In this document: in pieces, positions 48,401 through 63,400 of the stretch
Layout: every line of letters begins with the position of its first letter
Position numbering within the stretch: the stretch's first letter is position 1
NCBI GenBank assembly: GCA_963920595.1
Contig: OY986948.1
Coordinates: 5,208,001-5,272,000, forward strand
Direction: 5' to 3'
DNA length: 64,000 bases
Source: Eimeria praecox
Taxonomy: Eukaryota
Notes under the pieces: generated by a model
The model's input: the letters and a program-made list of their open reading frames with translations, nothing else
Told to the model about the DNA's origin: nothing
The model's database searches: none
Made by a program: the position numbers and the translations under genes

Positions 48401-51400
48401 GGGAATGGGCTGGGGAAAGTGTTTGTTGGAGAAGTTGTTATGCCGTTGTTTGAGGTGTGTGTTCAGCAGCAGCAAGTGGGTTTGGTGATGAGCAAGGACT
48501 AGGATACATTCCGGGTGGTTTGTGTTTGATGGTTTGTGTATGGTGGGGATGTTGGAAGTTGGGTGGATGTTTGCTGGGTGTTGGATGGTTTAGATTTGTG
48601 TTGCGTTATGTCAGCTCTAGCACATGGAGTGGTTTGTGGCTGGAGGGGTGGGTTCTGGTGTGGTAAGTGTTTGAGTGGAGTTGGGTATTGGTGGTGGCGA
48701 ATAATGTTGTAGTGTATGCGTTGGATGCAGTGTGGGAAGCCTTGAGGGCGTGTAGGGTGAAGAGTAGAGCGTGAGAGTATATGAAGAGTGTCAGTGATTT
48801 GATTGGGCTATTGTTTAGATGGGGAATGGGCTGGGGACAGTGATTGTTGGAGAAGTTGTTATGTCGTTGTTTGAGGTGTGTGTTCAGGAGCAGCAAGTGG
48901 GTTTGGTGATGAGCAAGGACTAGGATACATTCCGGGTGGTTTGTGTTTGATGGTTTGTGTATGGTGGGGATGTTGGAAGTTGGGTGGATGTTTGCTGGGT
49001 GTTGGATGGTTTAGATTTGTGTTGCGTTATGTCAGCTCTAGCACATGGAGTGGTTTGTGGCTGGAGGGGTGGGTTCTGGTGTGGTAAGTGTTTGAGTGGA
49101 GTTGGGTATTGGTGGTGGCGAATAATGTTGTAGTGTATGCGTTGGATGCAGTGTGGGAAGCCTTGAGGGCGTGTAGGGTGAAGAGTAGAGCGTGAGAGTA
49201 TATGAAGAGTGTCAGTGATTTGATTGGGCTATTGTTTAGATGGGGAATGGGCTGGGGACAGTGATTGTTGGAGAAGTTGTTATGTCGTTGTTTGAGGTGT
49301 GTGTTCAGGAGCAGCAAGTGGGTTTGGTGATGAGCAAGGACTAGGATACATTCCGGGTGGTTTGTGTTTGATGGTTTGTGTATGGTGGGGATGTTGGAAG
49401 TTGGGTGGATGTTTGCTGGGTGTTGGACGGTTTAGATTTGTGTTGCGTTATGTCAGCTCTAGCACATGGATTGGTTTGTGGCTGGAGCGGTGGGTTCTGG
49501 TGTGGGAAGTGTTTGAGTGGAGTTGGGTATTGGTGGTGGCGAATAATGCGGTTGTGTATGCGTTGGATGCAGTGTGGGGAGGCTTGAGGGCGTGTAGGGT
49601 GAAGAGTAGAGCGTGATAGTGTATGAAGAGTGTCAGTGATTTGATTGGGCTATTGTTTAGATGGGGAATGGGCTGGGGACAGTGATTGTTGGAGAAGTTG
49701 TTATGTCGTTGTTTGAGGTGTGTGTTCAGGAGCAGCAAGTGGGTTTGGTGATGAGCAAGGACTAGGATACATTCCGGGTGGTTTGTGTTTGATGGTTTGT
49801 GTCTGGTGGGGATGTTGGAAGTTGGGTGGATGTTTGCTGGGTGTTGGATGGTTTAGATTTGTGTTGCGTTATGTCAGCTCTAGCACATGGATTGGTTTGT
49901 GGCTGGAGCGGTGGGTTCTGGTGTGGGAAGTGTTTGAGTGGAGTTGGGTATTGGTGGTGGCGAATAATGCGGTTGTGTATGCGTTGGATGCAGTGTGGGG
50001 AGGCTTGAGGGCGTGTAGGGTGAAGAGTAGAGCGTGAGAGTATATGATGAGTGTCAGTGATTTGATTGGGCTGTTGTTTAGATGGGGAATGAGCTGGGGA
50101 CAGTGATTGTTGGAGAAGTTGTTATGTCGTTGTTTGAGGTGTGTGTTCAGGAGCAGCAAGTGGGTTTGGTGATGAGCAAGGACTAGGATACATTCCGGGT
50201 GGTTTGTGTTTGATGGTTTGTGTCTGGTGGGGATGTTGGAAGTTGGGTGGATGTTTGCTGGGTGTTGGGTGGTTTAGATTTATGCTGCGTTATGTCAGCT
50301 CTAGCACATGGAGTGGTTTGTGGCTGGAGCGGTGGGTTCTGGTGTGGGAAGTGTTTGAGTGGAGTTGGGTATTGGTGGTGGCGAATAATGTTGTATTGTA
50401 TGCGTTGGATGTAGTGTGGGAAGGCTTGAGGGCGTGTAGGGTGAAGAGTAGAGCGTGAGAGTATATGATGAGTGTCAGTGATTTGATTGGGCTGTTGTTT
50501 GGATGGGGAATGGGCTGGGGACAGTGTTTGTTGGAGAAGTTGTTATGCCGTTGTTTGAGGTGTGTGTTCAGGAGCAGCAAGTGGGTTTGGTGATGAGCAA
50601 GGACTAGGATACATTCCGGGTGGTTTGTGTTTGATGGTTTGTGTCTGGTGGGGATGTTGGAAGTTGGGTGGATGTTTGCTGGGTGTTGGATGGTTTAGAT
50701 TTGTGTTGCGTTATGTCAGCTCTAGCACATGGATTGGTTTGTGGCTGGAGGGGTGGGTTCTGGTGTGGGAAGTGTTTGAGTGGAGTTGGGTATTGGTGGT
50801 GGCGAATAATGTTGTATTGTATGCGTTGGATGTAGTGTGGGGAGGCTTGAGGGCGTGTAGGGTGAAGAGTAGAGCGTGATAGTATATGATGAGTGTCAGT
50901 GATTTGATTGGGCTGTTGTTTGGATGGGGAATGGGCTGGGGAAAGTGTTTGTTGGAGAAGTTGTTATGCCGTTGTTTGAGGTGTGTGTTCAGCAGCAGCA
51001 AGTGGGTTTGGTGATGAGCAAGGACTAGGATACATTCCGGGTGGTTTGTGTTTGATGGTTTGTGTATGGTGGGGATGTTGTAAGTTGGGTGGATGTTTGC
51101 TGGGTGTTGGATGGTTTAGATTTGTGTTGCGTTATGTCAGCTCTAGCACATGGAGTGGTTTGTGGCTGGAGCGGTGGGTTCTGGTGTGGTAAGTGTTTGA
51201 GTGGAGTTGGGTATTGGTGGTGGCGAATAATGTTGTAGTGTATGCGTTGGATGCAGTGTGGGAAGCCTTGAGGGCGTGTAGGGTGAAGAGTAGAGCGTGA
51301 TAGTATATGATGAGTGTCAGTGATTTGATTGGGCTGTTGTTTAGATGGGGAATGGGCTGGGGACAGTGTTTGTTGGAGAAGTTGTTATGCCGTTGTTTGA

Positions 51401-54400
51401 GGTGTGTGTTCAGCAGCAGCAAGTGGGTTGGGTGATGAGCAAGGACTAGGATACATTCCGGGTGGTTTGTGTTTGATGGTTTGTGTCTGGTGGGGATGTT
51501 GGAAGTTGGGTGGATGTTTGCTGGGTGTTGGATGGTTTAGATTTATGCTGCGTTATGTCAGCTCTAGCACATGGAGTGGTTTGTGGCTGGAGCGGTGGGT
51601 TCTGGTGTGGGAAGTGTTTGAGTGGAGTTGGGTACTGGTGGTGGCGAATAATGTTGTAGTGTATGCGTTGGATGCAGTGTGGGGAGGCTTGAGGGCGTGT
51701 AGGGTGAAGAGTAGAGCGTGATAGTATATGAAGAGTGTCAGTGATTTGATTGGGCTGTTGTTTAGATGGGGAATGAGCTGGGGACAGTGATTGTTGGAGA
51801 AGCTGTTGTGTCGTTGTTTGAGGTGTGTGTTCAGGAGCAGCAAGTGGGTTTGGTGATGAGCAAGGACTAGGATACATTCCGGGTGGTTTGTGTTTGATGG
51901 TTTGTGTCTGGTGGGGATGTTGGAAGTTGGGTGGATGTTTGCTGGGCGTTGGATGGTTCAGATTTGTGTTGCGTTATGTCAGCTCTAGCACATGGATTGG
52001 TTTGTGGCTGGAGCGGTGGGTTCTGGTGTGGGAAGTGTTTGAGTGGAGTTGGGTATTGGTGGTGGCGAATAATGCGGTTGTGTATGCGTTGGATGCAGTG
52101 TGGGGAGGCTTGAGGGCGTGTAGGGTGAAGAGTAGAGCGTGATAGTATATGAAGAGTGTCAGTGATTTGATTGGGCTGTTGTTTAGATGGGGAATGAGCT
52201 GGGGACAGTGATTGTTGGAGAAGTTGTTATGTCGTTGTTTGAGGTGTGTGTTCAGCAGCAGCAAGTGGGTTTGGTGATGAGCAAGGACTAGGATACATTC
52301 CGGGTGGTTTGTGTTTGATGGTTTGTGTCTGGTGGGGATGTTGGAAGTTGGGTGGATGTTTGCTGGGTGTTGGGTGGTTTAGATTTATGCTGCGTTATGT
52401 CAGCTCTAGCACATGGAGTGGTTTGTGGCTGGAGCGGTGGGTTCTGGTGTGGGAAGTGTTTGAGTGGAGTTGGGTATTGGTGGTGGCGAATAATGTTGTA
52501 TTGTATGCGTTGGATGTAGTGTGGGAAGGCTTGAGGGCGTGTAGGGTGAAGAGTAGAGCGTGAGAGTATATGATGAGTGTCAGTGATTTGATTGCGCTGT
52601 TGTTTGGATGGGGAATGGGCTGGGGACAGTGTTTGTTGGAGAAGTTGTTATGCCGTTGTTTGAGGTGTGTGTTCAGGAGCAGCAAGTGGGTTTGGTGATG
52701 AGCAAGGACTAGGATACATTCCGGGTGGTTTGTGTTTGATGGTTTGTGTATGGTGGGGATGTTGGAAGTTGGGTGGATGTTTGCTGGGTGTTGGATGGTT
52801 TAGATTTGTGTTGCGTTATGTCAGCTCTAGCATATGGATTGGTTTGTGGCTGGAGGGGTGGGTTCTGGTGTGGGAAGTGTTTGAGTGGAGTTGGGTATTG
52901 GTGGTGGCGAATAATGTTGTATTGTATGCGTTGGATGTAGTGTGGGAAGGCTTGAGGGCGTGTAGGGTGAAGAGTAGAGCGTGATAGTATATGATGAGTG
53001 TCAGTGATTTGATTGGGCTGTTGTTTGGATGGGGAATGGGCTGGGGAAAGTGTTTGTTGGAGAAGTTGTTATGCCGTTGTTTGAGGTGTGTGTTCAGCAG
53101 CAGCAAGTGGGTTTGGTGATGAGCAAGGACTAGGATACATTCCGGGTGGTTTGTGTTTGATGGTTTGTGTATGGTGGGGATGTTGGAAGTTGGGTGGATG
53201 TTTGCTGGGTGTTGGATGGTTTAGATTTGTGTTGCGTTATGTCAGCTCTAGCACATGGAGTGGTTTGTGGCTGGAGGGGTGGGTTCTGGTGTGGTAAGTG
53301 TTTGAGTGGAGTTGGGTATTGGTGGTGGCGAATAATGTTGTAGTGTATGCGTTGGATGCAGTGTGGGAAGCCTTGAGGGCGTGTAGGGTGAAGAGTAGAG
53401 CGTGAGAGTATATGATGAGTGTCAGTGATTTGATTGGGCTGTTGTTTAGATGGGGAATGGGCTGGGGACAGTGTTTGTTGGAGAAGTTGTTATGCCGTTG
53501 TTTGAGGTGTGTGTTCAGGAGCAGCAAGTGGGTTTGGTGATGAGCAAGGACTAGGATACATTCCGGGTGGTTTGTGTTTGATGGTTTGTGTCTGGTGGGG
53601 ATGTTGGAAGTTGGGTGGATGTTTGCTGGGTGTTGGATGGTTTAGATTTATGCTGCGTTATGTCAGCTCTAGCACATGGAGTGGTTTGTGGCTGGAGCGG
53701 TGGGTTCTGGTGTGGGAAGTGTTTGAGTGGAGTTGGGTACTGGTGGTGGCGAATAATGTTGTAGTGTATGCGTTGGATGCAGTGTGGGGAGGCTTGAGGG
53801 CGTGTAGGGTGAAGAGTAGAGCGTGATAGTATATGATGAGTGTCAGTGATTTGATTGGGCTGTTGTTTAGATGGGGAATGAGCTGGGGACAGTGATTGTT
53901 GGAGAAGCTGTTGTGTCGTTGTTTGAGGTGTGTGTTCAGGAGCAGCAAGTGGGTTTGGTGATGAGCAAGGACTAGGATACATTCCGGGTGGTTTGTGTTT
54001 GATGGTTTGTGTCTGGTGGGGATGTTGGAAGTTGGGTGGATGTTTGCTGGGCGTTGGATGGTTTAGATTTGTGTTGCGTTATGTCAGCTCTAGCACATGG
54101 ATTGGTTTGTGGCTGGAGCGGTGGGTTCTGGTGTGGGAAGTGTTTGAGTGGAGTTGGGTATTGGTGGTGGCGAATAATGCGGTTGTGTATGCGTTGGATG
54201 CAGTGTGGGGAGGCTTGAGGGCGTGTAGGGTGAAGAGTAGAGCGTGATAGTATATGAAGAGTGTCAGTGATTTGATTGGGCTGTTGTTTAGATGGGGAAT
54301 GAGCTGGGGACAGTGATTGTTGGAGAAGTTGTTATGTCGTTGTTTGAGGTGTGTGTTCAGGAGCAGCAAGTGGGTTTGGTGATGAGCAAGGACTAGGATA

Positions 54401-57400
54401 CATTCCGGGTGGTTTGTGTTTGATGGTTTGTGTCTGGTGGGGATGTTGGAAGTTGGGTGGATGTTTGCTGGGTGTTGGGTGGTTTAGATTTATGCTGCGT
54501 TATGTCAGCTCTAGCACATGGAGTGGTTTGTGGCTGGAGCGGTGGGTTCTGGTGTGGGAAGTGTTTGAGTGGAGTTGGGTATTGGTGGTGGCGAATAATG
54601 TTGTATTGTATGCGTTGGATGTAGTGTGGGAAGGCTTGAGGGCGTGTAGGGTGAAGAGTAGAGCGTGAGAGTATATGATGAGTGTCAGTGATTTGATTGC
54701 GCTGTTGTTTGGATGGGGAATGGGCTGGGGACAGTGTTTGTTGGAGAAGTTGTTATGCCGTTGTTTGAGGTGTGTGTTCAGGAGCAGCAAGTGGGTTTGG
54801 TGATGAGCAAGGACTAGGATACATTCCGGGTGGTTTGTGTTTGATGGTTTGTGTATGGTGGGGATGTTGGAAGTTGGGTGGATGTTTGCTGGGTGTTGGA
54901 TGGTTTAGATTTATGCTGCGTTATGTCAGCTCTAGCACATGGAGTGGTTTGTGGCTGGAGGGGTGGGTTCTGGTGTGGTAAGTGTTTGAGTGGAGTTGGG
55001 TATTGGTGGTGGCGAATAATGTTGTAGTGTATGCGTTGGATGCAGTGTGGGAAGCCTTGAGGGCGTGTAGGGTGAAGAGTAGAGCGTGAGAGTATATGAA
55101 GAGTGTCAGTGATTTGATTGGGCTATTGTTTAGATGGGGAATGGGCTGGGGACAGTGATTGTTGGAGAAGTTGTTATGTCGTTGTTTGAGGTGTGTGTTC
55201 AGGAGCAGCAAGTGGGTTTGGTGATGAGCAAGGACTAGGATACATTCCGGGTGGTTTGTGTTTGATGGTTTGTGTATGGTGGGGATGTTGGAAGTTGGGT
55301 GGATGTTTGCTGGGTGTTGGATGGTTTAGATTTGTGTTGCGTTATGTCAGCTCTAGCACATGGAGTGGTTTGTGGCTGGAGGGGTGGGTTCTGGTGTGGT
55401 AAGTGTTTGAGTGGAGTTGGGTATTGGTGGTGGCGAATAATGTTGTAGTGTATGCGTTGGATGCAGTGTGGGAAGCCTTGAGGGCGTGTAGGGTGAAGAG
55501 TAGAGCGTGAGAGTATATGAAGAGTGTCAGTGATTTGATTGGGCTATTGTTTAGATGGGGAATGGGCTGGGGACAGTGATTGTTGGAGAAGTTGTTATGT
55601 CGTTGTTTGAGGTGTGTGTTCAGGAGCAGCAAGTGGGTTTGGTGATGAGCAAGGACTAGGATACATTCCGGGTGGTTTGTGTTTGATGGTTTGTGTCTGG
55701 TGGGGATGTTGGAAGTTGGGTGGATGTTTGCTGGGCGTTGGATGGTTTAGATTTGTGTTGCGTTATGTCAGCTCTAGCACATGGATTGGTTTGTGGCTGG
55801 AGCGGTGGGTTCTGGTGTGGGAAGTGTTTGAGTGGAGTTGGGTATTGGTGGTGGCGAATAATGCGGTTGTGTATGCGTTGGATGCAGTGTGGGGAGGCTT
55901 GAGGGCGTGTAGGGTGAAGAGTAGAGCGTGATAGTATATGAAGAGTGTCAGTGATTTGATTGGGCTGTTGTTTAGATGGGGAATGAGCTGGGGACAGTGA
56001 TTGTTGGAGAAGTTGTTATGTCGTTGTTTGAGGTGTGTGTTCAGGAGCAGCAAGTGGGTTTGGTGATGAGCAAGGACTAGGATACATTCCGGGTGGTTTG
56101 TGTTTGATGGTTTGTGTCTGGTGGGGATGTTGGAAGTTGGGTGGATGTTTGCTGGGTGTTGGGTGGTTTAGATTTATGCTGCGTTATGTCAGCTCTAGCA
56201 CATGGAGTGGTTTGTGGCTGGAGCGGTGGGTTCTGGTGTGGGAAGTGTTTGAGTGGAGTTGGGTATTGGTGGTGGCGAATAATGTTGTATTGTATGCGTT
56301 GGATGTAGTGTGGGAAGGCTTGAGGGCGTGTAGGGTGAAGAGTAGAGCGTGAGAGTATATGATGAGTGTCAGTGATTTGATTGCGCTGTTGTTTGGATGG
56401 GGAATGGGCTGGGGACAGTGTTTGTTGGAGAAGTTGTTATGCCGTTGTTTGAGGTGTGTGTTCAGGAGCAGCAAGTGGGTTTGGTGATGAGCAAGGACTA
56501 GGATACATTCCGGGTGGTTTGTGTTTGATGGTTTGTGTATGGTGGGGATGTTGGAAGTTGGGTGGATGTTTGCTGGGTGTTGGATGGTTTAGATTTGTGT
56601 TGCGTTATGTCAGCTCTAGCACATGGATTGGTTTGTGGCTGGAGGGGTGGGTTCTGGTGTGGGAAGTGTTTGAGTGGAGTTGGGTATTGGTGGTGGCGAA
56701 TAATGTTGTATTGTATGCGTTGGATGTAGTGTGGGAAGGCTTGAGGGCGTGTAGGGTGAAGAGTAGAGCGTGATAGTATATGATGAGTGTCAGTGATTTG
56801 ATTGGGCTGTTGTTTGGATGGGTAATGGGCTGGGGAAAGTGTTTGTTGGAGAAGTTGTTATGCCGTTGTTTGAGGTGTGTGTTCAGGAGCAGCAAGTGGG
56901 TTTGGTGATGAGCAAGGACTAGGATACATTCCGGGTGGTTTGTGTTTGATGGTTTGTGTCTGGTGGGGATGTTGGAAGTTGGGTGGATGTTTGCTGGGTG
57001 TTGGATGGTTTAGATTTGTGTTGCGTTATGTCAGCTCTAGCACATGGAGTGGTTTGTGGCTGGAGCGGTGGGTTCTGGTGTGGGAAGTGTTTGAGTGGAG
57101 TTGGGTATTGGTGGTGGCGAATAATGTTGTAGTGTATGCGTTGGATGCAGTGTGGGAAGGCTTGAGGGCGTGTAGGGTGAAGAGTAGAGCGTGATAGTAT
57201 ATGATGAGTGTCAGTGATTTGATTGGGCTGTTGTTTAGATGGGGAATGGGCTGGGGACAGTGATTGTTGGAGAAGTTGTTATGCCGTTGTTTGAGGTGTG
57301 TGTTCAGCAGCAGCAAGTGGGTTTGGTGATGAGCAAGGACTAGGATACATTCCGGGTGGTTTGCGTTTGATGGTTTGTGTCTGGTGGGGATGTTGGAAGT

Positions 57401-60400
57401 TGGGTGGATGTTTGCTGGGTGTTGGGTGGTTTAGATTTATGCTGCGTTATGTCAGCTCTAGCACATGGAGTGGTTTGTGGCTGGAGCGGTGGGTTCTGGT
57501 GTGGGAAGTGTTTGAGTGGAGTTGGGTATTGGTGGTGGCGAATAATGCGGTTGTGTATGCGTTGGATGCAGTGTGGGGAGGCTTGAGGGCGTGTAGGGTG
57601 AAGAGTAGAGCGTGATAGTATATGAAGAGTGTCAGTGATTTGATTGGGCTGTTGTTTAGATGGGGAATGAGCTGGGGACAGTGATTGTTGGAGAAGCTGT
57701 TGTGTCGTTGTTTGAGGTGTGTGTTCAGGAGCAGCAAGTGGGTTTGGTGATGAGCAAGGACTAGGATACATTCCGGGTGGTTTGTGTTTGATGGTTTGTG
57801 TCTGGTGGGGATGTTGGAAGTTGGGTGGATGTTTGCTGGGTGTTGGGTGGTTTAGATTTATGCTGCGTTATGTCAGCTCTAGCACATGGAGTGGTTTGTG
57901 GCTGGAGCGGTGGGTTCTGGTGTGGGAAGTGTTTGAGTGGAGTTGGGTATTGGTGGTGGCGAATAATGTTGTATTGTATGCGTTGGATGTAGTGTGGGAA
58001 GGCTTGAGGGCGTGTAGGGTGAAGAGTAGAGCGTGAGAGCATATGATGAGTGTCAGTGATTTGATTGGGCTGTTGTTTAGATGGGGAATGAGCTGGGGAC
58101 AGTGATTGTTGGAGAAGTTGTTATGTCGTTGTTTGAGGTGTGTGTTCAGGAGCAGCAAGTGGGTTTGGTGATGAGCAAGGACTAGGATACATTCCGGGTG
58201 GTTTGTGTTTGATGGTTTGTGTCTGGTGGGGATGTTGGAAGTTGGGTGGATGTTTGCTGGGTGTTGGGTGGTTTAGATTTATGCTGCGTTATGTCAGCTC
58301 TAGCACATGGAGTGGTTTGTGGCTGGAGCGGTGGGTTCTGGTGTGGGAAGTGTTTGAGTGGAGTTGGGTATTGGTGGTGGCGAATAATGTTGTATTGTAT
58401 GCGTTGGATGTAGTGTGGGAAGGCTTGAGGGCGTGTAGGGTGAAGAGTAGAGCGTGAGAGTATATGATGAGTGTCAGTGATTTGATTGCGCTGTTGTTTG
58501 GATGGGGAATGGGCTGGGGACAGTGTTTGTTGGAGAAGTTGTTATGCCGTTGTTTGAGGTGTGTGTTCAGGAGCAGCAAGTGGGTTTGGTGATGAGCAAG
58601 GACTAGGATACATTCCGGGTGGTTTGTGTTTGATGGTTTGTGTATGGTGGGGATGTTGGAAGTTGGGTGGATGTTTGCTGGGTGTTGGGTGGTTTAGATT
58701 TATGCTGCGTTATGTCAGCTCTAGCACATGGATTGGTTTGTGGCTGGAGCGGTGGGTTCTGGTGTGGGAAGTGTTTGAGTGGAGTTGGGTATTGGTGGTG
58801 GCGAATAATGTTGTATTGTATGCGTTGGATGTAGTGTGGGAAGGCTTGAGGGCGTGTAGGGTGAAGAGTAGAGCGTGAGAGTATATGATGAGTGTCAGTG
58901 ATTTGATTGCGCTGTTGTTTGGATGGGGAATGGGCTGGGGACAGTGTTTGTTGGAGAAGTTGTTATGCCGTTGTTTGAGGTGTGTGTTCAGGAGCAGCAA
59001 GTGGGTTTGGTGATGAGCAAGGACTAGGATACATTCCGGGTGGTTTGTGTTTGATGGTTTGTGTATGGTGGGGATGTTGGAAGTTGGGTGGATGTTTGCT
59101 GGGTGTTGGATGGTTTAGATTTGTGTTGCGTTATGTCAGCTCTAGCACATGGATTGGTTTGTGGCTGGAGGGGTGGGTTCTGGTGTGGGAAGTGTTTGAG
59201 TGGAGTTGGGTATTGGTGGTGGCGAATAATGTTGTATTGTATGCGTTGGATGTAGTGTGGGAAGGCTTGAGGGCGTGTAGGGTGAAGAGTAGAGCGTGAT
59301 AGTATATGATGAGTGTCAGTGATTTGATTGGGCTGTTGTTTGGATGGGGAATGGGCTGGGGACAGTGTTTGTTGGAGAAGTTGTTATGCCGTTGTTTGAG
59401 GTGTGTGTTCAGCAGCAGCAAGTGGGTTTGGTGATGAGCAAGGACTAGGATACATTCCGGGTGGTTTGTGTTTGATGGTTTGTGTATGGTGGGGATGTTG
59501 GAAGTTGGGTGGATGTTTGCTGGGTGTTGGATGGTTTAGATTTGTGTTGCGTTATGTCAGCTCTAGCACATGGAATGGTTTGTGGCTGGAGCGGTGGGTT
59601 CTGGTGTGGGAAGTGTTTGAGTGGAGTTGGGTATTGGTGGTGGCGAATAATGTTGTATTGTATGCGTTGGATGCAGTGTGGGAAGCCTTGAGGGCGTGTA
59701 GGGTGAAGAGTAGAGCGTGATAGTATATGATGAGTGTCAGTGATTTGATTGGGCTGTTGTTTAGATGGGGAATGGGCTGGGGACAGTGTTTGTTGGAGAA
59801 GTTGTTATGCCGTTGTTTGAGGTGTGTGTTCAGCAGCAGCAAGTGGGTTTGGTGATGAGCAAGGACTAGGATACATTCCGGGTGGTTTGTGTTTGATGGT
59901 TTGTGTCTGGTGGGGATGTTGGAAGTTGGGTGGATGTTTGCTGGGTGTTGGGTGGTTTAGATTTATGCTGCGTTATGTCAGCTCTAGCACATGGATTGGT
60001 TTGTGGCTGGAGCGGTGGGTTCTGGTGTGGGAAGTGTTTGAGTGGAGTTGGGTACTGGTGGTGGCGAATAATGTTGTAGTGTATGCGTTGGATGCAGTGT
60101 GGGGAGGCTTGAGGGCGTGTAGGGTGAAGAGTAGAGCGTGATAGTATATGAAGAGTGTCAGTGATTTGATTGGGCTGTTGTTTAGATGGGGAATGAGCTG
60201 GGGACAGTGATTGTTGGAGAAGCTGTTGTGTCGTTGTTTGAGGTGTGTGTTCAGGAGCAGCAAGTGGGTTTGGTGATGAGCAAGGACTAGGATACATTCC
60301 GGGTGGTTTGTGTTTGATGGTTTGTGTCTGGTGGGGATGTTGGAAGTTGGGTGGATGTTTGCTGGGTGTTGGGTGGTTTAGATTTATGCTGCGTTATGTC

Positions 60401-63400
60401 AGCTCTAGCACATGGAGTGGTTTGTGGCTGGAGCGGTGGGTTCTGGTGTGGGAAGTGTTTGAGTGGAGTTGGGTATTGGTGGTGGCGAATAATGCGGTTG
60501 TGTATGCGTTGGATGCAGTGTGGGGAGGCTTGAGGGCGTGTAGGGTGAAGAGTAGAGCGTGATAGTATATGAAGAGTGTCAGTGATTTGATTGGGCTGTT
60601 GTTTAGATGGGGAATGAGCTGGGGACAGTGATTGTTGGAGAAGTTGTTATGTCGTTGTTTGAGGTGTGTGTTCAGGAGCAGCAAGTGGGTTTGGTGATGA
60701 GCAAGGACTAGGATACATTCCGGGTGGTTTGTGTTTGATGGTTTGTGTCTGGTGGGGATGTTGGAAGTTGGGTGGATGTTTGCTGGGTGTTGGGTGGTTT
60801 AGATTTATGCTGCGTTATGTCAGCTCTAGCACATGGAGTGGTTTGTGGCTGGAGCGGTGGGTTCTGGTGTGGGAAGTGTTTGAGTGGAGTTGGGTATTGG
60901 TGGTGGCGAATAATGTTGTATTGTATGCGTTGGATGTAGTGTGGGAAGGCTTGAGGGCGTGTAGGGTGAAGAGTAGAGCGTGAGAGTATATGATGAGTGT
61001 CAGTGATTTGATTGGGCTGTTGTTTGGATGGGGAATGGGCTGGGGACAGTGTTTGTTGGAGAAGTTGTTATGCCGTTGTTTGAGGTGTGTGTTCAGGAGC
61101 AGCAAGTGGGTTTGGTGATGAGCAAGGACTAGGATACATTCCGGGTGGTTTGTGTTTGATGGTTTGTGTATGGTGGGGATGTTGGAAGTTGGGTGGATGT
61201 TTGCTGGGTGTTGGATGGTTTAGATTTGTGTTGCGTTATGTCAGCTCTAGCACATGGATTGGTTTGTGGCTGGAGGGGTGGGTTCTGGTGTGGGAAGTGT
61301 TTGAGTGGAGTTGGGTATTGGTGGTGGCGAATAATGTTGTATTGTATGCGTTGGATGTAGTGTGGGAAGGCTTGAGGGCGTGTAGGGTGAAGAGTAGAGC
61401 GTGATAGTATATGATGAGTGTCAGTGATTTGATTGGGCTGTTGTTTGGATGGGGAATGGGCTGGGGACAGTGTTTGTTGGAGAAGTTGTTATGCCGTTGT
61501 TTGAGGTGTGTGTTCAGCAGCAGCAAGTGGGTTTGGTGATGAGCAAGGACTAGGATACATTCCGGGTGGTTTGTGTTTGATGGTTTGTGTCTGGTGGGGA
61601 TGTTGGAAGTTGGGTGGATGTTTGCTGGGTGTTGGGTGGTTTAGATTTATGCTGCGTTATGTCAGCTCTAGCACATGGATTGGTTTGTGGCTGGAGCGGT
61701 GGGTTCTGGTGTGGGAAGTGTTTGAGTGGAGTTGGGTACTGGTGGTGGCGAATAATGTTGTAGTGTATGCGTTGCATGCAGTGTGGGGAGGCTTGAGGGC
61801 GTGTAGGGTGAAGAGTAGAGCGTGATAGTATATGAAGAGTGTCAGTGATTTGATTGGGCTGTTGTTTAGATGGGGAATGAGCTGGGGACAGTGATTGTTG
61901 GAGAAGCTGTTGTGTCGTTGTTTGAGGTGTGTGTTCAGGAGCAGCAAGTGGGTTTGGTGATGAGCAAGGACTAGGATACATTCCGGGTGGTTTGTGTTTG
62001 ATGGTTTGTGTCTGGTGGGGATGTTGGAAGTTGGGTGGATGTTTGCTGGGTGTTGGGTGGTTTAGATTTATGCTGCGTTATGTCAGCTCTAGCACATGGA
62101 GTGGTTTGTGGCTGGAGCGGTGGGTTCTGGTGTGGGAAGTGTTTGAGTGGAGTTGGGTATTGGTGGTGGCGAATAATGCGGTTGTGTATGCGTTGGATGC
62201 AGTGTGGGGAGGCTTGAGGGCGTGTAGGGTGAAGAGTAGAGCGTGATAGTATATGAAGAGTGTCAGTGATTTGATTGGGCTGTTGTTTAGATGGGGAATG
62301 AGCTGGGGACAGTGATTGTTGGAGAAGTTGTTATGTCGTTGTTTGAGGTGTGTGTTCAGGAGCAGCAAGTGGGTTTGGTGATGAGCAAGGACTAGGATAC
62401 ATTCCGGGTGGTTTGTGTTTGATGGTTTGTGTCTGGTGGGGATGTTGGAAGTTGGGTGGATGTTTGCTGGGTGCTGGGTGGTTTAGATTTATGCTGCGTT
62501 ATGTCAGCTCTAGCACATGGAGTGGTTTGTGGCTGGAGGGGTGGGTTCTGGTGTGGGAAGTGTTTGAGTGGAGTTGGGTATTGGTGGTGGCGAATAATGT
62601 TGTATTGTATGCGTTGGATGTAGTGTGGGAAGGCTTGAGGGCGTGTAGGGTGAAGAGTAGAGCGTGAGAGTATATGATGAGTGTCAGTGATTTGATTGCG
62701 CTGTTGTTTGGATGGGGAATGGGCTGGGGACAGTGATTGTTGGAGAAGTTGTTATGCCGTTGTTTGAGGTGTGTGTTCAGGAGCAGCAAGTGGGTTTGGT
62801 GATGAGCAAGGACTAGGATACATTCCGGGTGGTTTGTGTTTGATGGTTTGTGTCTGGTGGGGATGTTGGAAGTTGGGTGGATGTTTGCTGGGTGTTGGAT
62901 GGTTTAGATTTGTGTTGCGTTATGTCAGCTCTAGCACATGGAGTGGTTTGTGGCTGGAGCGGTGGGTTCTGGTGTGGGAAGTGTTTGAGTGGAGTTGGGT
63001 ATTGGTGGTGGCGAATAATGTTGTATTGTATGCGTTGGATGCAGTGTGGGAAGCCTTGAGGGCGTGTAGGGTGAAGAGTAGAGCGTGATAGTATATGATG
63101 AGTGTCAGTGATTTGATTGGGCTGTTGTTTAGATGGGGAATGGGCTGGGGACAGTGTTTGTTGGAGAAGTTGTTATGCCGTTGTTTGAGGTGTGTGTTCA
63201 GCAGCAGCAAGTGGGTTTGGTGATGAGCAAGGACTAGGATACATTCCGGGTGGTTTGTGTTTGATGGTTTGTGTCTGGTGGGGATGTTGGAAGTTGGGTG
63301 GATGTTTGCTGGGTGTTGGGTGGTTTAGATTTATGCTGCGTTATGTCAGCTCTAGCACATGGATTGGTTTGTGGCTGGAGCGGTGGGTTCTGGTGTGGGA